Source of the DNA: Cyanophora paradoxa CCMP329
Taxonomy: Eukaryota > Plantae > Glaucophyta
DNA: 64,000 nt
NCBI GenBank assembly: GCA_004431415.1
Contig: QPMI01000189.1
Span: 62,001 to 126,000, forward strand
Direction of reading: 5' to 3'
Part shown: positions 54,950-64,000 of the stretch, piece after piece
How the letters are laid out: every line of letters starts with the position of its first letter
Numbering within the stretch: the stretch's first letter is position 1
Translations under genes and position numbers: made by a program
Notes under the pieces: generated by a model
Seen by the model: the letters and a program-made list of their open reading frames with translations, nothing else
The model's database searches: none
What the model was told of the DNA's origin: nothing

Positions 54950-57523
54950 CAGATCGGCTGGCGCGCGCCACGGGAGGGGAGGTCGAGGCGCGGCTGGGGC
55001 CGGCGATCTGGCAGAGGGGGAGAGGCACAGGAAGCGGAGCGCGAAGGATGGCTGAGCTCCGCGCTGGGGGTGCTCGGGGAGGGCTGGGCGCGCTGGAGCC
55101 TGACGTGCGCGCTGGTCATCGGCGCCTTCTACCTGCTCGGCTGCACGCCCATCGGTCCGCCCCCGCACCCCGCGCCCCCTGCGCCGCCCCCGACGGCGCC
55201 CCGCCCCAGGGAAGCGCTTCTGGCGGACGGCGGACTTCTGGAAGCGGGCGCTCCCGGTCTTCTTCGCGTACAAGGCGCGCGCGCGCGCGCCGGGCGGGGC
55301 AGGGGGCGGGGGCGAGGGGCGGGGGGGCAGGGGACGCAGCGGCGGGTGCGGGAGATGGACGGGGAGAAGGCGAACGCGGAGTGGGAGGCGACGCACGAGC
55401 GCGGCTCGAAGGAGCTCTACCAGCTCTGCGTCGACGCCCGCGGCATGTTCATCAAGGCCCGCCCGCCCCGCCCCCCGCCCCGCCGGCGCGGCGCCCCGGG
55501 GCGAGGCGCGCGCAGGCGGCGCAGGTCTTCGGGGCGCGCACGGACATGCTGCCGCCGGCGTACACGACGAAGCTGCGGACGCTGTACGACCAGGTGCCCC
55601 CGCAGGAGCCGGCGACCATCCGGCGCGTCATCGAGCGCGAGCTCGGCAAGCCGCTCGAGGAGCTCTTCGAGTCGTTCGACCCCGAGCCCCTCGGCAGCGG
55701 TGCGCCCCGCCGGCCCCGCCCCGCCGGCGAGGCCCGGGCGAGGGCGGGGCGGGGCGGGCGGCAGCGTCGATCGCGCAGGTGCACAGCGCGGTGACGCGGG
55801 ACGGGGAGCGCGTGGCGGTGAAGGTCCAGCACGAGGGCGCCGAGGAGATCATGGCCCTCGGCCCGCCCCCGCCCGCCCCGCCCGCCCCGCACCGCCCCCT
55901 CACCGCCGCCCCCGCAGACCTGGGGAATCTGGAGCTGCTGGGGCGGCTCATCCAGCGCGAGGACCTCGTGCGCGGCCCGCCGGCCCCGCCCCGCGCCGCC
56001 GCGCCGGCCCCTCACCCCCGGCGGCGGCCCAGGGCTTCGACCTCGTCTCCGCGGTGCGGGAGCTCAAGGAGCAGCTGCCCCTCGAGTTCGACTTCCAGCG
56101 GCCCGCCCCTGCCCCCGCCCGCTGCCGCCCCCGCCCGCTCACTCGCGCCGGCGCAGGGAGGCCGAGATGATGTCCCGCATGCGCGAGAGCCTCGCGGTGC
56201 GCACGCCCGCCCACCCGGCCCGCCCCCTCCCTCGCTTCCCCGCCTCACGCCCGCGCCGCGCCCCCCGCAGAACCACCTGCCGGGTGCCTCCGCTGCGCGC
56301 CGCCCCCTCCCCGGGCGGCGTGGGGGGCTGAGGGCGGGGGTCAGGGATCGTGCTGCCGCGGCCGGTGGCGGCGGCGAAGCGCTGCCTGGTGATGTCCTTC
56401 CTCGACGGCACCCGCATCCTCGACGTCCGCCCGCCCCGCCCCCCGCGCCCCCGCCGCCCCGCCGCGCCCCGGCCGAGGGGGCGGGGGCAGGCGGCGCCGC
56501 ACATGGCGCCCGGGGCGGTGGGGAAGCACATGGAGGCGCTGTGCGCGCTGCTGGGGCACCAGCTCTTCATCGACGGCGTCTTTCACGCCGACCCGCACCC
56601 GGGAAACCTCCTCATCCTCCACGACGGCCGCCTCGGCCTCCTCGACTTCGGCCAGTGCAAGGAGCTCGCCCTGCCCCTGCGCCAGGCCTTCGCCCGCCAC
56701 GTCCTCGCCCTCGCCAACAACGCCCGTCGCCCCTCCCCTCCCCCCACCTCTCCCCGCTGAGGCGCGGCGGGGCGCAGGACGCGGGGGAGATCGTGACGAC
56801 GTTCCACGCCCTCGGCATCGAGACCGCCTACGACGGTGCCCCCCGCCACGCCGCCTGCTCCTCGCCGGCCGCCTGCGACCGGCTCCTCCCGCCGCAGACA
56901 TGCCCTTCCTCGTGCCGATCATCGCCCGCACGATGTTCGACACGGCGCCCATGCCCTGGGACGTGCGCCCGCCCCGGCCCCCGCCCCGCTCCGCCGGCCC
57001 GAGCCGTGGTGAGGGCGGCGGGGCAGGACGTGTCGCCCTTCTCGCCGAACAACGCGTCGAAGCGGAACCCGGTGAAGCACTTTCCCCCGGAGCTCTTCAT
57101 GGTGCTGCGTGCCAACCAGATCATGCGCGGCCTCTTCCACTCCCTCAACGTCGACGTCTCCGTCGTCAAGATCTGGGCCAAGTACGCCAAGAAGGTGCCC
57201 GGGGGGGCGCGGGGCGGGGGAGGGGGCGTAGCTGCGCTGAGCCGGGCGTCGCGCCCGCGCAGCTGCTCTTCCCCGATGCCGGGAGCATCGGGGCGTCGCT
57301 GCGGAGCCTCTTCTCCTCCTTCATGCGCTCGCCCGCGAAGAGCGAGTCAGGGCCGGGGACGCCCGACCCCGAGCCCGTCTCCCTCGGCTCCCCGCAGCTC
57401 GCGGCGGCCGCCTCGCCGGGGCCCGACGCCCCCTCCCCCAAGGACACGCCCCTCGAGCCCGCCCCCCCGCGCTCCCCCGCCCCGGGCTCCCCCGCCGCCG
57501 TCCACCGCTACAGCCTCAAATGA
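54950..57523 (+). CDS. ABC1/UbiB (ABC1K/ADCK) atypical kinase, at least 14 introns; start uncertain
   Basis: GMFIK|AAQ..RTDMLP..L..LYDQVP; [11 protein letters not shown]|ASIAQVH; VAVKVQH; LEFDFQR|EA; LVMSFLDG; [18 protein letters not shown]; LRANQIMRG. Confidence 0.93.
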
Positions 57524-58439
57524 GCGGCCGCCCCGCCGCCGCACCGCGCCGCTTCGATTTTGGCAGGGGCCCGGCCCCTGCGTCCCTGCGGTTTTTATCC
57601 GTGTTACAAGTTAGTCACTGAGTCATCAAGGTTATAATTAGCGGGGGGTTAGTTGTAGTCTGTGGGGTGTCGAGGTGTGGCGCGCTTTCATGGCTTGGAC
57701 GCCGTGACGCCTGTTGAATCACGATCATCGGATATTGAGGCCTTTCAATCATTGAATTTCGCGATCCTATGATCGCTATCGTCGGGATCAACTTGGCAAC
57801 GGATCTGACACTGTGTGACAGGGGCTCAGCGGCTGGGATTTTGATTTAGCCTGCGCAGCTGCTATTTTCAAATCTAGATCTAAAGTCGACGTCGACGTCT
57901 CAGATCTTATCCTTGAACTTCAAGCTTCGGATCGACTTACTACTAAGTTACTGATCATGCCATGATGTGTTTAAAATCGCGACTCACGATCATGATCAGT
58001 GAAACAGTGTGCACGTACTTGTATTTCAAGTTTTCTTATCCTAGCACTACGTCTACTGGAACTCAACGACTAGCTACAGCGCTAGCCTAGTAGCGCTCTT
58101 CAAGCGCTTGAAATGCGAAACCGCGAGCGGTAGTCGCTACGCTAGCGCTAGCGTTATCTACAGCTAATTATAACCGAGCGACCGACTCGGCGAGCCTTGC
58201 AATGAAGGCCTCGCGATCCGATGATCGAAATAAAAGCGGTGACATGCATATGCATGATCATGAACATGCATATGCCAGCTGGTATGAACGGAGCTGTCAT
58301 AGTATATAGCTGCCACCGTGCGTGGAAGGCCGGACCCCACTGTCGGAGCTAGCCGACTAGCTATATATAGGCGATCCGGCGATGTGCATGGAGGCAGGGC
58401 GGGGAGGGTCGGAGGGGATAACGGGAGGGAGGATGACGA

Positions 58440-59776
58440 TCACTGGGAGAAGCCCTTGCCGGCGTCGATGAGCTTCTCGTCGGGCTTGAGCTTGAGAGCG
58501 ATGCCGGCGACGTGCCGCCCCTGGAAGCGCGCCGCGTCGAGCTCCACCGCCGACGGCATCCGCTCCCCGCTCGCCCCCGCGACTGACGCCGCCGTCAGGG
58601 GCGAGCTCGAGCTGCAGGCGCGGGCGGGGGGCTCTAGCGGGGGGCCGCACTGGTGGAGGCGCCGTAGGGGGAGCCGCCCTTGACCTCCTCGACGCCCATC
58701 TGTCCCTGGAAGGCGTAGGGGAGGCCGACGAAGGCGAGGCCGTGGTGAAGGAAGAAGGGCATGACGTTGAGGATGGTGCTCTCCTGGCCCCCGTGCTGCG
58801 TCCCGCTCGACGTGATCACGCTCGCCACCTGCGAGACGTCAGAGCCGGCACGCGGCACGCCACGCGGAGGGCACTCGGCGGCCGCTACAGCTGTCTAGAT
58901 CTAGGTCTCGAGGCCGCGGGGCGGACCTTGCCGACGAGCTTGCCCTGCGCCCAGAGGGCCCCCGTGGCGTCCAGGAAGGACTGGATCTGCGAGGGCTGGC
59001 CCCCGAAGCGCGTCGGGCACCCCAGGATGATCGCCTGCGAGCCCGCGCGTCGGTGAGCTCGAGCGCGCTTAGAGTTCACAGGGGAGGAGGCGCACGTCAT
59101 AGCTAACGAGCTCCGCGGGGTCCGCCACGGGGATGGACGCCTGCGGAGCACGAGGCGCGGCCGGTGTCGGCGGCGAGCGGGCGGCAAGCAACCTTAATAA
59201 TCGTGGTTATACGTGCACGCGCGCGCACCTGCTTCGTCTGGGCCTCGAGGGCTCCCATCTTCTCGAGAACCTGCCGCCGGCCGTCAGACCAAGACGTCGA
59301 CAAGCACTCGCCAGGGCCCCAAGCGGGCCGCACCTCGCGCGGCAGGGTCTCGGGGACGCGCTTCAGTGAGACGAGCGCGCCGGCGCTCTTCGCGCCTTCC
59401 GCAGCCGCCTCACACATGGCCTTCATGTGCCCGTACGTGGAGTAGTACAGCACAAGAACCTGCGGCGCGCAGAACGTAAGAACAAAGAACAAGAATAAGT
59501 AAATAACAAAGAACAAGTAAAGAACATCTAGCTCAAGCCTTGCGACTAAGTGGGGCGCGCCGCGCGCGGCTCGCACGTGCACGTGCAAGGCCTAGGCTCG
59601 CGACGCACCTTCGCGACCTTCGGCGCTGCCGCCGGCGCAGCGGCCTGCCAGGCTGGCGGCGGAGGAGCCGGAGCAGCGGCTGCGTAGGTTGACGCGGCGG
59701 GAGGCTGCGGCGGCTGTGCGGGGTCCTGCCGCGCCGCTCTCTTCGCGCTCTTCTTGGCGCAAGGTCCGATGCCCAT
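58440..59776 (-). CDS. wrbA: WrbA/FQR1 flavodoxin-like NAD(P)H:quinone oxidoreductase with an N-terminal extension
   Basis: [20 protein letters not shown]; [27 protein letters not shown]; [25 protein letters not shown]. Start MGIGPC (possible N-myristoylation/palmitoylation). Confidence 0.95.
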
Positions 59777-60171
59777 TTCTTCGAAGCTTTCAGATTTCTC
59801 GCGCGTTTGCGTTTGCAGTGCGGGGCTGGAGGCGATGCTTTCACGCTGGCGCTGCTAGACGACTTTTACGGCCACCGAGCCGCACCGCGACGTACGTCGA
59901 TGAGCTTCTAACGTCGGTTGCGTGATAGTTTTTTTCGCTACTCGAAAAAACAGGGTGGGTACACGTTGAATTTCGTTTCAAGTTCCCGATCAATAATTAA
60001 TTATGACGTAAACCACTAGCTAGCGCTAGCGGCAGCGCCGGCAGCCTAGCGCTCGCGATCAGCGCGCCATCTGCAGCTGCAGCTCGCTGGGGCGCGCAGC
60101 CTGGCTCCGGGATCCGGCGCCAACTGCATGACCAGCCGTGCAACGGCGCACACGACGTGCACGAGCTAGGC

Positions 60172-61074
60172 CTAGGTGCCGACGGGGAGGGGTGCTCTAG
60201 AAAAAGTTCGGGGGGAGGGGCGTTCTTCGGCCCCCCCCGGCCGCGGGGCAGTGCCAGCGGCCGCGCCCGCGGCCGAGGGTGGATCTGTAGCTATAGCCCG
60301 GGGAGGCTGGCGCCGACCGGCCACATGCACACGTGCACCGCCCGGGGCAGCGACGTCGAGCTCGGGGACATCGAGGTCCACGACTCGATCCGGATGCTGT
60401 AACGGCGCCGGCGGCTGCAGAGGGCTGGCGCCGGCGCGGCGCCAGCCGGAGCCCTCCCCGAGGAGCCGCTCCATGGCGGCGGCCGCGCGACGCCCCGCGC
60501 CGTTGCCGCGCAGCTCCACCGACACCAGCGCCCCGCTCGCCTGCCGCCGCGCTCAGGCGAGGGCGCCGGGCGGGCCACGGCCCTGGCAAAGACCAAGCAT
60601 GCGCAGACCCTCAGAGAGGAGAGCACATCTTACACTCCGTCGTCCTCGAGCTGGTTCCCACTGCGCGGGCACGTGCACGGGGTCAGGCGGGCGGGAGGGG
60701 TCGAGGCGTGGGGCGGGGGCGGGGCGGGGGCGCCTGAGATCGAGGGCGGTAAGGCGGGGGTTGGCGGCGAGGGGCGCGGCGGCGAGGCGGGCGAAGGGCC
60801 GGCGGAGGCCGCAGGCGCGCAGGCGGAGGCAGGCGAGGGCGGAGGGGCCGGCGAGGAGCCCCGCGAGGGCGCCCCCCGCCTCGTCCTCCCGAAGCCGTTC
60901 ACGGAGAGGTCCAGCTCCCGCAGCGCCCCGCCCCCCGCGCCCCGCACGAAGGCCAGCAGCGGGCCCAGCGCCGGCCCCCGCAGCCCGCAGCGCGCCAGCG
61001 AGAGGCACAGCAGCGGCGCCGCGCCCGCCCGCGCACGCGCCGGGGAGCCCAGCGCCTCCAGCAGGAGCCCGAGC
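60172..61074 (-). CDS. 3' exons of an RNI-like leucine-rich-repeat protein; the upstream intron is interrupted by the AT-rich element
   Basis: LCLSLARCGL, LRELDLSVNGFG, LACLRLRACGL, LTALDLS|GNQLEDDGV, LVSVELRGNGAG. Acceptor GCGCAG ends at 61075 and a CTCAC branch-like site lies at 61089-61085. One apparent homopolymer frameshift near 60890. Confidence 0.75.
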
Positions 61075-61097
61075 CTGCGCGGGCGTGAGGGTACGGG

Positions 61098-61168
61098 ACA
61101 CATATAAAAACAAATATTATTATCCCTCGCGTTCCGCTCAGGATAATAATATTTGTTTTTATATGTGT
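61098..61168. repeat. Perfect 28-bp inverted repeat with a 15-nt loop at the element terminus
   Basis: ACACATATAAAAACAAATATTATTATCC (61098-61125) - CTCGCGTTCCGCTCA - GGATAATAATATTTGTTTTTATATGTGT (61141-61168). Confidence 0.97.
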
Positions 61169-61423
61169 GTTACTATAAGTTATATAAAGATATTAGCATT
61201 TTTATCATAGTGTATATCGATATGTGATATGTATTCTATCGGTAGTTCGTAAATGAATCAATAAAAATAATATAAGTATCGTGGAATCTTTGTAAACTAT
61301 GTATATATAATATGTAATCGCGATATAGCCGATATGTGTTTACGATGCGCGATGTGTATCTAAAACAACTACAATGTGCTGCTTGGGACGCGCCTCATAT
61401 AGTCATGTGTATCACCTACGTAG

Positions 61424-62450
61424 CTTCGATAGGGTGGGGCGGGTGGGGTGAGGTGGGGCATTTTTTTGAATTCCCTAAAATGTTTCACTCCCAAAAATTC
61501 TTGGTCAAAAAAGACCCCACCCAACCCCACTTACCCCACCCTGTATTATTCTCTTTATCTATGATTGATTTCAATGTAATTTAAATATAAATATGTATGA
61601 TTGAGTATGTTAAATTAATACTGGGTGGGGTGTGAGGGTGGGGTGTGAGTGGTATCGGTATGGTAGTCCAATCTAAGATGGCACACATAAAATCATGATG
61701 TGTTATTTTTACTTCCGGTTTGATACTTATCGGACTTCGATAACTTCGATAGGGTGGGGCGGGTGGGGTGAGGTTGGGCATTTTTTTGAATTCCCTAAAA
61801 TAATTCCCCCTCAAAAATTCTTGGTCAAAAAAGACCCCACCCAACCCCACTTACCCCACCCTGTATCTTTTATTATATTTATGATTGATTTCAATGTTAT
61901 TAATGTATAAAGTATAGAGATTATGTATGTTAAATTAATACCGGGTGGGGTGTGAGGGTGGGGTGTGAAAGTGGTATCAGCCAACCATTTAATAATTACG
62001 ATATTGAACCGACGTGATACCGACGAGATATGATATATTCAGATCGTATTAGAACGGCGCGATCACTAAGAAAAACAAGTATCATGTGCTGTATATTTCG
62101 CGATCCCTGAATCGCGAATCGATAGGGTGGGGTGAGAAAGTGGGGCACCACCCTCACTGTATACACTGTGATATGATCGCAATCCCGATGTAGCCTACTA
62201 TGATATCGTGCGGACTTCGATAGGGTGGGGTAAGTGGGGTGAGGTGGGGCATTTTTTTGAATCCCTTCAATTTTTGGGGGGTCAAATATTTTTGGGCAAA
62301 AAAGACCCCACCCAACCCCACCCTCCCCACCCTGTATTACTTATCGATACACCTCACTTATTTCAATGTATAAACTTTATTAAATTAGATAGTAAATATG
62401 TATAGAAATAACGAGATTGTAGTATAGGGTGGGGTGTAGGGTGGGGGCAA
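61424..62450. repeat. Three long direct repeats (starts 61424, 61744, 62215; collapsed copy about 62120-62161), each containing a ~115-bp imperfect G-tract/C-tract palindrome
   Basis: CTTCGATAGGGTGGGG..GTGGGGTGAGG..GGGCATTTTTTTGAA...AAAAAAGACCCCACCCAACCCCAC..CCCCACCCTGTA, each followed by an AT-rich stretch and GGGTGGGGTGT(G)AGGGTGGGG. The first two units have a 320-bp period. Confidence 0.95.
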
Positions 62451-62489
62451 AATGCAAACTGAATCAGTGCGATATAATTTAGTGAACAC

Positions 62490-62535
62490 AAAGTGGATAT
62501 GAAGTGGATACGAAGTGGATACGAAGGGGATAAGT
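62490..62535. repeat. 11-bp tandem repeat (GAAGTGGATAC) x ~4
   Basis: aagtggatatgaagtggatacgaagtggatacgaaggggataagtg. Confidence 0.85.
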
Positions 62536-62624
62536 GCGCCCCGCCCACTATGCAAGATACATGCCTTTCTTATGCATGATCTATGAAAAATAACAATAAA
62601 CCCCTCTCTCATTCTTCGAATTCT

Positions 62625-62888
62625 TTACATAGAAGCACTCACAGTAATTTCGCTTGCCTTTCGAACAGTCCCCCGATTAAATGCTTGCTCTACAATCGCT
62701 TCCTTTGTGAGTGGAATCGGAATTCCAGCAGAAATACACGATTTAACTTCTTTGTCCACAATCTCATCAATCGCAATTCTCGCCCTATTATGAGCAGCAT
62801 TATCGATCCAATCCTGAACAGAGTAGGCACAGTATTCCATTCCCAGTTTTTCAGTATCAGTTAGAACCACTTGATAGATGTTCGACAT
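62625..62888 (-). CDS. 87-aa viral protein of a family typically found next to tail-fibre/C1q genes in aquatic phages and algal viruses
   Basis: Intron-less, AT-rich ORF with LTDTEKLGMEYCAYSVQDWIDNAAHNRARIAIDEIV. The motif is recalled from phage/virus hypothetical proteins, not verified by search. Confidence 0.7.
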   Translation of the reverse strand: MSNIYQVVLTDTEKLGMEYCAYSVQDWIDNAAHNRARIAIDEIVDKEVKSCISAGIPIPLTKEAIVEQAFNRGTVRKASEITVSASM

Positions 62889-62925
62889 TTCTAATCTTAC
62901 TATTTATGAAGAAAATAATCAATTG

Positions 62926-63987
62926 CTAACAGCAAAGATGATATATGTATAAGGTAGATCGATTATCAATTGTTACAGCTCCATTGGAAAGCCCTGTCCA
63001 TCCCCTGAAATATATTGTATCATTTGCAGCCAAGTTTAATATATACGTTGCATTCATAGCCGCATCTACATTAATAGCTGTATATGCACCCCCTGTCCAA
63101 TTAGAATGATCATTTGTTGCTCCATTATAGACAAAGGTTACACCAGTTACAGTAGCTGATTCAGTATTTGTAAACCTCAGATGAACATTGAATAAATATT
63201 TTCCAGATGCAGGAGCTGTAAATTTATACGTCGTTGTATTAAAAGCACTTCCACCTGAGCTTGAAATCACGTTATTGAATGGAATATTGAATATACCGAT
63301 ACTTGCTGTTGAAGATGTTGCTGATCGAACTCGCCAGTAAGAATGATTTGGAAGAGCAAGATAGCTATCCGTTCCATTAATTGTTAAACCTCTAAATGTC
63401 GTTGTGGCACTATTATTAGTTACAGTGGATGTGAAAGTAGAAGCAATATTAGCCCCATCTCGTTTAATGACCACTTCTGAGTTTCCTCCTGAGTCGATTG
63501 AATTCGTTTTAACCCCACCACTCGCTGTAAGAAGCCCTGAAAAAGTCCCAGTGCTTCCACTAACACCACCATTTGCTGTGAGTAATCCAGTAAATGAGCC
63601 CGTCCCACTAACTGTCGCATTCCCATTGACCCCTAAGCCAGTCCCAATCCATGCCCCGCCACTAACTACTTGAAAAGCCGCGGAATTCCTATTAGCCGGA
63701 TTGAAATCCGTTTGATAATCCGGTTGACCTTCATATAGATTATCTTTGGTAAACAGATCCCCTGTTTTTGCGGGTCGATTAGATACGATCATTTGAGTAG
63801 CTTTAACGATTCCACCAGCCTTGTCGGCTCTGAGTTCTTTGACTCTGAGAATGGAGTTCTCATTGAAAGAATCGGATTTCGCTGTTTCAGTCGAAGGGAA
63901 TGACTCGTTTAGATCATAGACTGTGTGTTGAACATTATGGACAGCACTGGCTGATAAGGAAAACACAGGTGTGAATACAGTCGACAT
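62926..63987 (-). CDS. 353-aa viral fibre/adhesin-like protein with a Gly/Thr-rich shaft and C-terminal C1q-like domain
   Basis: Shaft: AFQVVSGGAWIGTGLGVNGN, TGSFTGLLTANGG/TGTFSGLLTASGG. C1q-like head: IPFNNVI...FNTTTYKFTAPASGKYLFNVHL...YILNLAANDTIYF. No introns. Confidence 0.8.
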   Translation of the reverse strand: MSTVFTPVFSLSASAVHNVQHTVYDLNESFPSTETAKSDSFNENSILRVKELRADKAGGIVKATQMIVSNRPAKTGDLFTKDNLYEGQPDYQTDFNPANRNSAAFQVVSGGAWIGTGLGVNGNATVSGTGSFTGLLTANGGVSGSTGTFSGLLTASGGVKTNSIDSGGNSEVVIKRDGANIASTFTSTVTNNSATTTFRGLTINGTDSYLALPNHSYWRVRSATSSTASIGIFNIPFNNVISSSGGSAFNTTTYKFTAPASGKYLFNVHLRFTNTESATVTGVTFVYNGATNDHSNWTGGAYTAINVDAAMNATYILNLAANDTIYFRGWTGLSNGAVTIDNRSTLYIYHLCC

Positions 63988-64000
63988 CTTTTGATTGTTC

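Larger units (their letters stand above)
61091..64000. mobile_element. End of an AT-rich endogenous dsDNA virus-like element (Polinton-like virus/virophage/Maverick or NCLDV fragment); continues beyond the window
   Basis: Abrupt switch from very GC-rich to AT-rich sequence. Terminal hairpin, about 1.5 kb of non-coding repeats, then tightly packed intron-less virus-type ORFs. Confidence 0.8.

Noticed and set aside
61424-62450. CRISPR-like interpretation of the viral repeats
   Set aside because: Units are over 100 bp, the DNA between units 1 and 2 is largely homologous rather than unique, and no cas genes are present.
61336-62612. Short ORFs in the viral terminal region (61336-61584, 61695-61910, 62208-62405 and others)
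   Set aside because: They are translations of the palindromic repeats. The conservation is in DNA symmetry, not codon structure.

Overview
This is eukaryotic nuclear DNA with very high GC and many short introns of about 45-75 nt. Most long ORFs in the track are GC-rich shadow frames or run across introns, so I rebuilt genes by hand-splicing conserved motifs. A cyanobacterial-type FtsZ with a Phe-containing transit peptide suggests an archaeplastid alga, most plausibly a glaucophyte such as Cyanophora (inference). About 19 host genes are present. Recognisable ones are a CBM20/coiled-coil protein, an axonemal dynein light chain-domain protein, Mpv17/PMP22, an O-methyltransferase, an ENOD93/RCF-like protein, FAM98, BRWD/PHIP, a PX-BAR sorting nexin, ftsZ, a RAP-domain helical-repeat protein, a GRIP golgin with a 16x114-bp exonic array, an ABC1 kinase, WrbA and an LRR protein; several others are of unknown function. 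Four things stand out. (1) From about 61.09 kb to the window end, an AT-rich, intron-less endogenous DNA-virus-like element sits in an LRR-gene intron. It starts with a perfect 28-bp terminal hairpin, followed by three G-tract palindromic repeats and phage/PLV-type fibre genes. (2) Two inverted copies of a ~0.77-0.84-kb element share two arms but carry unrelated cargo of near-identical length (316 and 317 bp); one cargo is a captured USP exon. (3) A tRNA-derived SINE has an 11-bp target-site duplication. (4) Splice donors follow an unusual G(T/C)(G/C)CGC pattern with frequent GC-AG introns, and several intergenic spacers are saturated with short palindromes.
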